A DNA stretch of 64,000 bases from Escherichia phage AV109: the sequence record OR352939.1. One strand, written 5' to 3'. Position numbers and translations under genes: made by a program. Below, piece after piece: positions 54,882 through 64,000 of this stretch; position 1 is the first letter of the stretch; the number at the start of each line of letters is the position of its first letter. A model generated the notes under the pieces. That model worked only from the letters and a program-made list of their open reading frames with translations. It did no database searches and had not been told where the DNA came from.

Positions 54882-56614
54882 TGGAAATGATTAGCAGTAG
54901 CCTTAATTGGTTCGTGGGTGTTGTCGAGGACAGAATGGACCCATTAAAACAAGGGCGAGTTCGAGTTCGAGTCGTTGGTCTTCATCCGGCACAGAGAGCA
55001 CAAGGTGATGTACAAGGTATTCCTACAGAAAAACTTCCATGGATGACTGTTATTCAACCTATTACGTCTGCATCAATGTCAGGTATTGGTGGTTCTGTTA
55101 CAGGTCCTGTTGAAGGAACTCGAGTATATGGTCATTTCTTAGACAAATGGAAAACAAACGGGATTGTACTTGGTACGTATGGCGGAATTGTACGTGAAAA
55201 GCCTAATAAACTTGAAGGTTTTTCAGACCCGACAGGCCAGTATCCGCGACGTTTAGGTAATGATACGAACGTATTAAACCAAGGTGGTGAAGCTGGTTAT
55301 TATTCGAACTCTAACGTAATTCAAGATAACAACTTGGATTATGGTATAAACCCAGACGATACAGATTTAGCAAATATTCCAGAAGATGATGACCCTAATT
55401 TTACAATAACAGAAATGTTACGTCGTGACGAAGGTCTTCGTGATAAAGTGTATTGGGACCATCTCGGATATCCTACCGTAGGTATTGGTCACCTTATCGT
55501 AATGGAAAAGACCCGAGATATGTCTCGAATTAATAAATTGTTATCTGATCAAGTAGGGCGTGAAGTAACAGGAAATCCCGGAACTATTACATTAGAAGAA
55601 GCAACAGCGTTATTTGAGAAAGACCTTGCTAAGATGCAGAAAGACATTCGTTCTAATTCTAAAGTAGGTCCTGTTTATGCTAAAATGAACAGGTCTCGTC
55701 AAATGGCATTAGAAAACATGTGCTTCCAAATGGGTGTTGGTGGTGTAGCAAAATTCAATACTATGCTTAAAGCAATGGCCACAGGCGATTGGAAAACTGC
55801 ATACAAATCTGGACGCGATTCATTATGGTTCCAACAGACTAAAGGACGCGCTTCACGTGTAACAACAATTATTTTAACCGGTAATATGGAATCATACGGT
55901 GTTCCTGTTAAAACACCGCCTTCACCAGGAGTTGGTGCCGATTTAGTTACTAGAAATACCTATCCAGAAGACCCGGCCGGTCCTCCTGTTCCATTAGATT
56001 CACGTATCCTTTTTAAAGAACCAGAATCAAGTTATCGTGGTGAGTATCCATACGTTCATGCTATGGAAACAGAAAGTGGTCATATCCAAGAATTTGACGA
56101 TACTCCAGGTAATGAACGTTATCGCTTAGTTCATCCAACAGGGTCATATGAGGAAGTTTCTCCGTCTGGGCGTCGTACTCGTAAAACTGTAGAAGACCTT
56201 TTTGACATCACTAATGGTGATGGGAACTTCTTGATTTCTGGCGATAAGCTTGTTAACGTTGGTGCTAATGAAATATATTATAACATGGCAGACCGCCTCC
56301 ATCAAATAGACGGCAATGACACAATCTTTATTCGTGGTAACCAATCTAAAACTGTTGAAGGCGATGGAACTCTTTACGTTAAGGGTAATATCAAAATAGT
56401 TGTTGACGGAAATGCAGATATTCTTGTTAAAGGTGATGCTAAAACTCAGGTCGAAGGGAATCATGATTACACCGTCAACGGAAACGTTAAATGGACTGTT
56501 AATGGTAATGTTGATATGACTGTTGCCGGGGATTGGGCAGAAACAATGTCTACAATGAGCTCAGTAGCTTCAGGACAATACACTGTTGACGGATCTCGTA
56601 TTGATATTGGGTAA
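54881..56614 (+). CDS. 5: baseplate hub/tail-associated lysozyme gp5
   Basis: 577 aa; central lysozyme domain and C-terminal VxGxxxxx beta-helix repeats. Confidence 0.97.
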   Translation: MEMISSSLNWFVGVVEDRMDPLKQGRVRVRVVGLHPAQRAQGDVQGIPTEKLPWMTVIQPITSASMSGIGGSVTGPVEGTRVYGHFLDKWKTNGIVLGTYGGIVREKPNKLEGFSDPTGQYPRRLGNDTNVLNQGGEAGYYSNSNVIQDNNLDYGINPDDTDLANIPEDDDPNFTITEMLRRDEGLRDKVYWDHLGYPTVGIGHLIVMEKTRDMSRINKLLSDQVGREVTGNPGTITLEEATALFEKDLAKMQKDIRSNSKVGPVYAKMNRSRQMALENMCFQMGVGGVAKFNTMLKAMATGDWKTAYKSGRDSLWFQQTKGRASRVTTIILTGNMESYGVPVKTPPSPGVGADLVTRNTYPEDPAGPPVPLDSRILFKEPESSYRGEYPYVHAMETESGHIQEFDDTPGNERYRLVHPTGSYEEVSPSGRRTRKTVEDLFDITNGDGNFLISGDKLVNVGANEIYYNMADRLHQIDGNDTIFIRGNQSKTVEGDGTLYVKGNIKIVVDGNADILVKGDAKTQVEGNHDYTVNGNVKWTVNGNVDMTVAGDWAETMSTMSSVASGQYTVDGSRIDIG

Positions 56615-56617
56615 TAT

Positions 56618-57133
56618 ATGGCACAAATACTTCCTTTAAATACCGACTTAGGAGAAGACATGGAAGGGGCGTCTATTGACGTCCTTTTTACTCCGCAGTT
56701 AGAAACAACCGAAACTTTAGTGTCAATAAATATAACAGATTATGAACCGACACAAGGCATTACGGTAGATGGTAATCGTTTATATGGAACATATGAAAGT
56801 GTGTTTAGCTTTTCTTCGGACGCATTGAAATACCGATTAAATGATGATTTTGAAACCGCATCTTCATGGGATGATTTACCAAAAGATGAGTCCACGCAGT
56901 TATATTTGTGGAGAGCTCCTCAGAATCTTCGTAAAGTGTTTAGTTATACGGTTGAAATGATTTATAACTACCAAGAAGAAAGTTCATCAGGCGGTTCTAG
57001 AAGTGACTCTGGTACAGAACCTCCACCGGCTCCAGTACAAAAAACTCTTACTAAGGTTTATACAAAAACTATAGTAGGAAATTGGAGCAAATGGGCTCAT
57101 CAATTACGAAACTATGTTTATGAGAGGCCGTGA
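56618..57133 (+). CDS. gp5.1-like protein
   Basis: 171 aa ORF between 5 and 5.4. Confidence 0.6.
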   Translation: MAQILPLNTDLGEDMEGASIDVLFTPQLETTETLVSINITDYEPTQGITVDGNRLYGTYESVFSFSSDALKYRLNDDFETASSWDDLPKDESTQLYLWRAPQNLRKVFSYTVEMIYNYQEESSSGGSRSDSGTEPPPAPVQKTLTKVYTKTIVGNWSKWAHQLRNYVYERP

Positions 57134-57429
57134 AAATGTCTGGCTTAAGTTACGACAAGTGCGTTACAACAGGTCATGAAGCATGGCCTCCTACTGTAAT
57201 AAATGCTTCCCAATCTAAAGTGTTCACCGGCGGTATTCCTGTTCTTGTGGCAGGAGACCAAATAACACCTCATACAGAAATTAAAAAACCATACGAGACT
57301 CATGGAGGTGTTACTGAACCTCGTACATCTAAAGTATACGTCACCGGTAAAAAGGCCGTTCAAATGGCTGACCCAATTTCATGCGGGGATACTGTTTCTC
57401 AGGCCTCGTCAAAAGTCTTTATAAAATAG
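57130..57429 (+). CDS. 5.4: PAAR-repeat spike-tip protein gp5.4
   Basis: [58 protein letters not shown] matches T4 gp5.4. Confidence 0.85.
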   Translation: MKMSGLSYDKCVTTGHEAWPPTVINASQSKVFTGGIPVLVAGDQITPHTEIKKPYETHGGVTEPRTSKVYVTGKKAVQMADPISCGDTVSQASSKVFIK

Positions 57430-57437
57430 GAATTAAA

Positions 57438-59411
57438 ATGGCAAACACTCCTGTAAATTATCAATTAACCCGAACAGCGAATGCTATTCCCGAGATTTTT
57501 ATCGGGGGCACATTTGCCGAAATCAAACAGAACATTATCGAATGGCTTAATGGGCAGAATGAATTTCTTGATTATGATTTTGAAGGTTCACGCTTAAACG
57601 TATTGTGCGACCTTTTAGCATATAACACTCTTTACATCCAACAGTTCAGTAATAGTGCAGTGTATGAAAGTTTTATGCGTACTGCAAACTTGCGTAGTTC
57701 TGTTGTACAAGCGGCTCAAGATAACGGATATCTGCCTTCATCTAAATCAGCAGCACAAACAGAAATTATGCTAACATGTACAGATGCATTAAATAGAAAC
57801 TATATCACCATTCCACGTGGCACTCGTTTCTTAGCATACGCTAAAGATACTTCTGTTAACCCGTATAACTTTGTTTCTACTGAAGATGTCATTGTAGTTA
57901 AAGACAAAAATAACCAATATTTTCCACGTCTTCGATTAGCTCAAGGACGTATTGTTCGCACTGAATTAACATTTGATAGATTAAAACCTATCATTATTCG
58001 TGATAAGAATATTGACCGTAATTTGGTTAAGTTGTATGTTGACGGAGCAGAATGGATTAACTGGACTCGTAAGTCGATGGTTCACGCTGGTTCTACGTCA
58101 ACAATCTATTATATGCGTGAAACAGTTGATGGGAACACCGAATTTTATTTTGGTGAAGGCGAAATCTCTATTAACACGTCAGAAGGTGCGTTAACATCTA
58201 ACTATATTGGTGGCCTTAAACCTGTTCAGGGTTCTAAAATCGTAATTGAGTATATTTCTACTAATGGCGCAGATGCTAACGGTGCTGTAGGATTTTCTTA
58301 TGCTGATACATTAGCTAATATCACGGTAATCGATATTAATGAGAACCCTAGCAATAACCCAGACTTTGTTGGGGCCGACGGCGGTGGTGACCCTGAAGAT
58401 ATTGAACGTATCCGCGAATTAGGCACAATTAAACGCGAAACTCAACAACGTTGTGTAACCGCTTCCGACTATGACACATTCGTTTCTGAGCGGTTTGGTT
58501 CTATTATTCAAGCGGTTCAAACATTCACAGATTCATCTAAACCAGGGTACGCCTATATTGCTGCTAAGCCTAAATCTGGATTGTATTTGACTTCTGTCCA
58601 ACGTGATGATATCAAAAACTATTTGAATGATTATAACTTAGGGACTATTACACCTGTTGTTATTTCGCCTGATTATTTGTTTATCAAAATGAATATCAAA
58701 GTTACATATGCGTTGAATAAACTCCAAGAATCAGAACAATATCTTGAAGGGCAAATTATTAATAAAATTGACCGATATTATATTGAAGATGTAGAAATTT
58801 TTAACTCATCGTTTGCAAAATCTAAAATGCTAACTTATGTCGATGATGCAGATATTTCTATTATTGGTTCTTCAGCTACTATTCAAATGGTTCGCGAAGT
58901 ACAAAACTTCTATAAAACGCCTGAGGCCGGTATTAAATACAATAATCAGATTAAAGATAGATCGATGGAATCTAATATATTCTCGTTTGATTCGCACAGA
59001 CCTAATCCGGAAAATGCAAACGAAACTATTAAATACGGTGTTCGCATAGTATCTTCTGACCGTAATGACCGTGGCATAGGTCAAGTTATTATTGGTCCAT
59101 TTGCAGATGGTGATGTTGTTGAAAACGAAAATATACAACCTTATACGGGTAATGATTTTAATAAACTTACTGTTACTGACGGACGAAACAAATACTATTC
59201 AATTGGTGAAGTGAATTATCCTGCCGATTCGATTTATTGGAACATTGCTAAAATTGACCTCACTTCAGACCGTTTTGAAGTTCAAACAATTGAACTTTAT
59301 TCCGACCCTGCAGATGATATTATTTTTACAAAGGATGGTTCTTTAATCGTATTCGAAAATGACTTACGTCCTCAGTACTTAACTATAGATTTGGAGCCTA
59401 TTTCACAATGA
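57438..59411 (+). CDS. 6: baseplate wedge protein gp6
   Basis: Start MANTPVNYQLTRTANAIPEIF at 57438 with SD AGGAA; track ORF begins upstream at 57381. Confidence 0.9.
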   Translation: MANTPVNYQLTRTANAIPEIFIGGTFAEIKQNIIEWLNGQNEFLDYDFEGSRLNVLCDLLAYNTLYIQQFSNSAVYESFMRTANLRSSVVQAAQDNGYLPSSKSAAQTEIMLTCTDALNRNYITIPRGTRFLAYAKDTSVNPYNFVSTEDVIVVKDKNNQYFPRLRLAQGRIVRTELTFDRLKPIIIRDKNIDRNLVKLYVDGAEWINWTRKSMVHAGSTSTIYYMRETVDGNTEFYFGEGEISINTSEGALTSNYIGGLKPVQGSKIVIEYISTNGADANGAVGFSYADTLANITVIDINENPSNNPDFVGADGGGDPEDIERIRELGTIKRETQQRCVTASDYDTFVSERFGSIIQAVQTFTDSSKPGYAYIAAKPKSGLYLTSVQRDDIKNYLNDYNLGTITPVVISPDYLFIKMNIKVTYALNKLQESEQYLEGQIINKIDRYYIEDVEIFNSSFAKSKMLTYVDDADISIIGSSATIQMVREVQNFYKTPEAGIKYNNQIKDRSMESNIFSFDSHRPNPENANETIKYGVRIVSSDRNDRGIGQVIIGPFADGDVVENENIQPYTGNDFNKLTVTDGRNKYYSIGEVNYPADSIYWNIAKIDLTSDRFEVQTIELYSDPADDIIFTKDGSLIVFENDLRPQYLTIDLEPISQ

Positions 59412-62400
59412 CAGTAAAAGCGCCAGCAGTCACAAGTCTCAGAATATCCAAGTTGTCCGCTAACCAAGTTCAAATACGCTGGGATGACGTTGGTGCTAAT
59501 TTCTACTATTTCGTAGAAATCGCTGAGACTAAAACGGCAGACGGGGGAATAATTCCCACTGCCAGCTACAGATGGATAAATTTAGGATATACTCCTAATA
59601 GCAACTGGTTCGAAAGTAGCTTAGACCCATTAACTTCTTATATTATTCGTGTATCAACTGCCGCCGAAGGCTTCGAGAGATCTGATTGGGTATATACCGA
59701 AATATTTGAATCATTTCAGACTAACGCGTATACATTTCAACATATGATTGAAATGCAATTGGCTAACACTTTTATTAGAGAAAAATTTACAAATAACAAC
59801 ATGTCTTATGTCGATTTTAATAACGACACTATAATGGCAGCTCTAATGAATGAATCGTTCCAATTTAGCCCTGCTTATGCGGATATTTCATCTATTAAAA
59901 ATTTCATTATTGGCGAAAATGAGTATCATGAAATTCAAGGTTCGATTCAACAGGTGTGTCATGATATAAACCGTGTTTATTTGATGGAATCCGAAGGAAT
60001 TCTTTATTTGTTTGAACGGTATCAGCCTGTGGTTAAAGTCTCTAATGATAAGGGACAAACCTGGAAATCGGTTAAATTGTTTAATGACCGTGTAGGGTAC
60101 CCTGTATCAAGAACAGTGTATTACCAGACAGGTTATACCACGTATGTTCTTGGGTATGATAAATTATTTTACGGCCGTAAATCAACTGACGTTCGTTGGT
60201 CTGCTGATGATGTGAGATTTAGTTCTCAAGATATAACATTTGCTAAAATTGGTGACCAGTTAAATTTAGGATTTGATGTAGAAATATTTGGTAACTACGC
60301 ATCATTACCTGCTAACGTATCACGTATTGCAGAAGCTATCGTTTGCAATGACGATTATGTATACGTTGCTGCTCGAGATAAAGTTCGTTTTATTAAAACT
60401 AGTAATGCCCCTATTGATTCAGACCCGTTATCTCCGACATATTCCGAACGTTTGTTTGAACAAGAAACATTTAACATCACAGGTAACCCTAAGGCCGTTT
60501 GCTATAAAATGGATTCTGTCGGTGGTAAAATATTTGCACTGATTATCGGTGAAGTTGTTAATCTTAACGATGACCCGAGGACTACTCCTATTGTTGATTC
60601 TGCTGATAAGGGTATTTACGTTCTAGACCATGATGCTGGCACATTTAAACGTGTGTTTGGTAATACTGAAGAAGAACGCCGTCGTATTGAACCTGGGTAC
60701 ACCAGTATGTCTACTGATGGTGTTGAGTTATCTATTTCATCTAGTAATTTTAAATTTCTAGAATCGGATATTGTTGACGACCCAAAAACACAAGTCAAGT
60801 ACGGTTTAATCGGTGCTGTTAAATATGAGTATCCTCGTGAATGGCTGGCTGATAAACATTACCATATGATGGCATTTATTTCAACTGAAGACTCTCAATG
60901 GGAATCGTTCACTCCCCAACCAATGGAATACTATGCTGAGCCATTCTTTAGTTATTCTAGAAAGTCTGGTACTCGTTGTTGGATTAATAACTCAGACAAG
61001 GCTGTTGTAATTTATTCTGATTTACTTTACACTAAGGTTATTGAGAATCATCCACTTAGTTCTTCAGACCGTGAAGTTCATGAATACTGGAAAGACGGTG
61101 ACTGTACAATAGTGATGCCTAACGTAGATTTCACCGGATTTAAAAAATATGCATCCGGCATGATTTTCTATAAATCATCAGGTGAGATTATTTCTTATTA
61201 TGATTTTAGTTATCGTGTTAGAGATAATGTTTCTATAATTTGGAAGCCTACTAATATATTCTTAACAGCATCGTTACAAAACCAAGAAAAAGATACCACA
61301 TGGACTCCTGTAGAAGAGAACGGCATTGCAGACCCAGATTTACGACCATTGCTCACTACAATGATGCCGGAGTCTTATCTTTTAGATAATACAAACTTCG
61401 AAGCATTCTGCGAGGCTTATATTCAGTATCTTTCTGACGGTTATGGGACCCATTATAACAACCTTTTGAATCTTATTAAAAATCAATATCCGCGCGAAGA
61501 ACATGCGTGGGAATACTTATGGTCTGAGATTTATAAACGAAACATTTACTTAAACGCCGAAAAACGCGATTTAGTGTCTCGTTTCTTTGAATCAAGAAGT
61601 TATGACTTCTATTCAACTAAAGGAACTGAAGCATCATATAAATTCTTGTTTAAAGTGCTTTATAACGAAGATGTTGAAATTGAAATTGAATCTAGTTCCG
61701 GGACTGAATATGATATCATCATTGAATCTGATTCGTTGACAGAAGATTTGGTCGGACAAACCATATACACCGCGACAGGGCGTTGTAATGTGACGTATAT
61801 CGAGAGAAGTTACTCTAAAGGTAAATTACAATGGACAGTAACAATTCACAACCTCTTAGGTCGTTTAATCCAAGGACAGGAAGTTAAAGCTGAAAGACTC
61901 CCTGGTTTTGAAGGTGAAATTGTTCGTGGTATTAAAGGTAAAGAGCTTTCTCAGAACAACATCGATTACATAAATCGTGGTAGAGCATACTACGTAATGA
62001 AGATTAAATCTAAACTTCCATCATCTCGTTGGAAATCAGACGTATTACGTTTTGTTCATCCGGTTGGATTTGGATTTATCGCAATTACACTTCTCACAAT
62101 GTTTATTAACACCGGATTAACACTTAAACATGTTGAAACCATTATTAATAAATACAAAAACTATAAGTGGGATTCTGGATTACCGACTAAATATGCAGAC
62201 CGAGTGGCTAAATTAGACCCACAAGGAAATGTTGAGTTTGACCCTATTACAGGTAAAGCGATATATGAAATAGGCCCTATGGCTGGTCAAGATTATCCAT
62301 TACCTGAAGATTATAACGCTGAAAACAATAACTCCATATTTCAAGGTCAACTTCCATCGGAACGACGTAAACTGATGAGCCCATTATTTGATGCGTCCGG

Positions 62401-62506
62401 AACAACATTCTCTAGATTTAGAGATTTGGTTGAACAACGGTTAATCGATAATGTAGGAAATCCAAGAGACCCCGTGAATCCACCACAGGTTAAATTAGAT
62501 GAATGA
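59408..62506 (+). CDS. 7: baseplate wedge protein gp7
   Basis: 1032 aa, same length as T4 gp7; 4-nt overlap with gene 6. Confidence 0.9.
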   Translation: MTVKAPAVTSLRISKLSANQVQIRWDDVGANFYYFVEIAETKTADGGIIPTASYRWINLGYTPNSNWFESSLDPLTSYIIRVSTAAEGFERSDWVYTEIFESFQTNAYTFQHMIEMQLANTFIREKFTNNNMSYVDFNNDTIMAALMNESFQFSPAYADISSIKNFIIGENEYHEIQGSIQQVCHDINRVYLMESEGILYLFERYQPVVKVSNDKGQTWKSVKLFNDRVGYPVSRTVYYQTGYTTYVLGYDKLFYGRKSTDVRWSADDVRFSSQDITFAKIGDQLNLGFDVEIFGNYASLPANVSRIAEAIVCNDDYVYVAARDKVRFIKTSNAPIDSDPLSPTYSERLFEQETFNITGNPKAVCYKMDSVGGKIFALIIGEVVNLNDDPRTTPIVDSADKGIYVLDHDAGTFKRVFGNTEEERRRIEPGYTSMSTDGVELSISSSNFKFLESDIVDDPKTQVKYGLIGAVKYEYPREWLADKHYHMMAFISTEDSQWESFTPQPMEYYAEPFFSYSRKSGTRCWINNSDKAVVIYSDLLYTKVIENHPLSSSDREVHEYWKDGDCTIVMPNVDFTGFKKYASGMIFYKSSGEIISYYDFSYRVRDNVSIIWKPTNIFLTASLQNQEKDTTWTPVEENGIADPDLRPLLTTMMPESYLLDNTNFEAFCEAYIQYLSDGYGTHYNNLLNLIKNQYPREEHAWEYLWSEIYKRNIYLNAEKRDLVSRFFESRSYDFYSTKGTEASYKFLFKVLYNEDVEIEIESSSGTEYDIIIESDSLTEDLVGQTIYTATGRCNVTYIERSYSKGKLQWTVTIHNLLGRLIQGQEVKAERLPGFEGEIVRGIKGKELSQNNIDYINRGRAYYVMKIKSKLPSSRWKSDVLRFVHPVGFGFIAITLLTMFINTGLTLKHVETIINKYKNYKWDSGLPTKYADRVAKLDPQGNVEFDPITGKAIYEIGPMAGQDYPLPEDYNAENNNSIFQGQLPSERRKLMSPLFDASGTTFSRFRDLVEQRLIDNVGNPRDPVNPPQVKLDE

Positions 62507-63503
62507 TTCAAGTGTTATCTATCGTGCAATAGTTACATCAAAATTTAGAACAGAGAAAATGCTGAATTTTTATAATTCAGTTGGGGATGGAGATGATAAG
62601 AACTCCATTTATATTACGTTTGGACGTTCAGAGCCTTGGGCGTCAAATGAAAATGAGGTGGGCTTCGCCCCACCTTATCCTACAGATTCTGTTCTTGGTG
62701 TTACTGATATGTGGACCCATATGATGGGTACCGTTAAAGTTTTACCTTCAATGTTAGATTCTGTTATTCCTAGACGTGATTGGGGAGATGTGCGATATCC
62801 AGACCCTTACACGTTTAGAATTAACGATATAGTCGCATGTAATACTGCTCCGTACAACGCGACAGAAGTTGGAGCTGGTTGGTTAATTTACCGTTGTTTA
62901 GATGTCCCTGACGTAGGGCTCTGTTCAATAGAATCTTTAGATAATAAAGATGAATGTCTTAAATTGGGTGGTAAATGGACTCCGTCTGTTCGTTCTATGT
63001 CTCCTCCTGAAGGCAGAGGCGATGCTAATGGGGTTATCGAAACCGGTGATGGATATATTTGGGAATATCTTTATGAGATTCCTGCCGATGTGTCAATTAA
63101 CCGTTGCACTAATGAATATCTTGTAGTTCCATGGCCGGAAGAAATTAAAGAAGACCCCACCCGTTGGGGATATGAAAATAACTTAACTTGGCAACAAGAT
63201 GACTACGGCTTGATTTACCGTGTTAAAGCCAATACGATGCGGTTTAAAGCATATTTTGATTCTGTTTATTTCCCTGAGGCAGCTTTGCCTGGTAACAAGG
63301 GTTTTAGACAGATATCAATTATCGCAAACCCGTTAGAAGCTAAGAAAAATCCAAATGACCCTAATGTTAAAGCAGAAAAGGATTATTACGACCCTAGAGA
63401 CCTGCAACGTCATTCTGGTGAAATGATTTATATGGAAAACCGACCACCTGTTATTATGGCAATGGACCAAACAGAGGAAATTAACATTTTGTTTATGTTT
63501 TAA
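62499..63503 (+). CDS. 8: baseplate wedge protein gp8
   Basis: 334 aa; MNDSSVIYRAIVTSKFRTEKMLNFYNS matches T4 gp8. Confidence 0.95.
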   Translation: MNDSSVIYRAIVTSKFRTEKMLNFYNSVGDGDDKNSIYITFGRSEPWASNENEVGFAPPYPTDSVLGVTDMWTHMMGTVKVLPSMLDSVIPRRDWGDVRYPDPYTFRINDIVACNTAPYNATEVGAGWLIYRCLDVPDVGLCSIESLDNKDECLKLGGKWTPSVRSMSPPEGRGDANGVIETGDGYIWEYLYEIPADVSINRCTNEYLVVPWPEEIKEDPTRWGYENNLTWQQDDYGLIYRVKANTMRFKAYFDSVYFPEAALPGNKGFRQISIIANPLEAKKNPNDPNVKAEKDYYDPRDLQRHSGEMIYMENRPPVIMAMDQTEEINILFMF

Positions 63504-63506
63504 TTA

Positions 63507-63531
63507 GGGAGCCTTCGGGCTCCCATTTTTG
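63507..63531 (+). terminator. rho-independent terminator after gene 8
   Basis: gggagcc-ttcg-ggctccc perfect hairpin followed by ATTTTTG. Confidence 0.6.
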
Positions 63532-63535
63532 TATC

Positions 63536-63543
63536 TATAAATA
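63536..63543 (+). promoter_or_regulatory. late promoter TATAAATA for gene 9
   Basis: Exact TATAAATA 33 nt upstream of gene 9 ATG. Confidence 0.5.
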
Positions 63544-63575
63544 GAATATAATATCGGACAACAAAAGGCAGAATT

Positions 63576-64000
63576 ATGGCATTTTTTAAGCAAACTCCTA
63601 AACAATTAATCGATACCGGCGAAATTGGTAATGCCTCAACAGGTGATATCTTATTCGACGGTGGTAATAAAATAAATGACGATATCAACGCTATTTACAA
63701 TGCATTTGGCGATCAACGTAAAATGGCCGTAGCAGATGGAACCGGACCTACAGGTCAAACTATTCATGCCACAGGCTATTATCAAAAAGGAAAGGCGGTC
63801 GATTATCAAACTCCTATTAAACCAGGCACTATGCATGATATTGATGCTTCTGATGGTGGTGTGATTGTTATTATTGACCATCCTGAATTAGGTGACTCGG
63901 TAGAATTCATAAACTCTAATGGGTCTATTTCTGTTAACAATCCTTTAAGTATCCAAGTAACTGATGGTTCAATTAAAGGTGTTCTTAATAATCTTGTTAT
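63576..64000 (+). CDS. 9: baseplate wedge/long-tail-fibre connector gp9 (partial, continues past window end)
   Basis: ATG at 63576; MAFFKQTPKQLIDTGEIGNASTGDILFDGGNKINDDINAIYNAFGDQRKMAV resembles T4 gp9; no stop before window end. Confidence 0.85.
   Translation, partial: MAFFKQTPKQLIDTGEIGNASTGDILFDGGNKINDDINAIYNAFGDQRKMAVADGTGPTGQTIHATGYYQKGKAVDYQTPIKPGTMHDIDASDGGVIVIIDHPELGDSVEFINSNGSISVNNPLSIQVTDGSIKGVLNNLV

Noticed and set aside
56144-60798. Minus-strand ORFs within late genes 5, 5.4, 6 and 7 (56144..56464, 56467..56661, 57145..57363, 58872..59138, 60616..60798) and plus-strand internal ORFs 58000..58194, 58837..59049, 60288..60542
   Set aside because: Antisense or out-of-frame within conserved baseplate genes
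63500-63881. Minus-strand ORFs 63500..63688 and 63651..63881
   Set aside because: They span the gene 8 terminator, the gene 9 late promoter and the gene 9 coding start on the opposite strand

Overview
This window is a T4-like (Tevenvirinae) myovirus segment, read by eye from the six-frame ORF track and the raw sequence; no searches were run. The gp43 DNA polymerase (903 aa) matches, from memory, the RB69-type polymerase, so the phage is probably RB69 or a close relative. Positions 1-54250 are almost entirely minus-strand early/middle genes in the T4 order: uvsX, 42, 43, regA, 62, 44, 45, rpbA, 46, 47, 55, nrdH/G/D, 49, nrdC, rI, tk, regB, denV, e, nudE, a tRNA, 57B, 57A, 1, 3, 2, 4. From 54306 onward are plus-strand late baseplate genes 53, 5, 5.1, 5.4, 6, 7, 8 and the start of 9. 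The main candidate for a novel system is at 1454-8002: T4's alpha-gt and beta-gt are absent, and instead a co-oriented, translationally coupled block next to dCMP hydroxymethylase encodes an arabinose-5-phosphate-isomerase-type SIS protein, a fused sugar-1-kinase/nucleotidyltransferase, a HAD-like phosphatase and three unassigned proteins. I interpret this as an NDP-arabinose synthesis and hmC-glycosylation module; that is inference. Other accessory content includes at least seven internal proteins carrying the MKTYxEF capsid-targeting leader, three GIY-YIG seg-like endonuclease paralogs, two nucleotidyltransferase-fold proteins, a macro-domain protein, a GrcA-like glycyl-radical cofactor, and a tandem trio of small proteins sharing a C-terminal GxWVxSSxxC tail. 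Regulatory features seen are a repeated T4-type early promoter family, four copies of a GC-hairpin terminator, UUCG-tetraloop hairpins, and an SD-sequestering hairpin at gene e. Promoter and hairpin coordinates were hand-counted and may be off by 1-2 nt.
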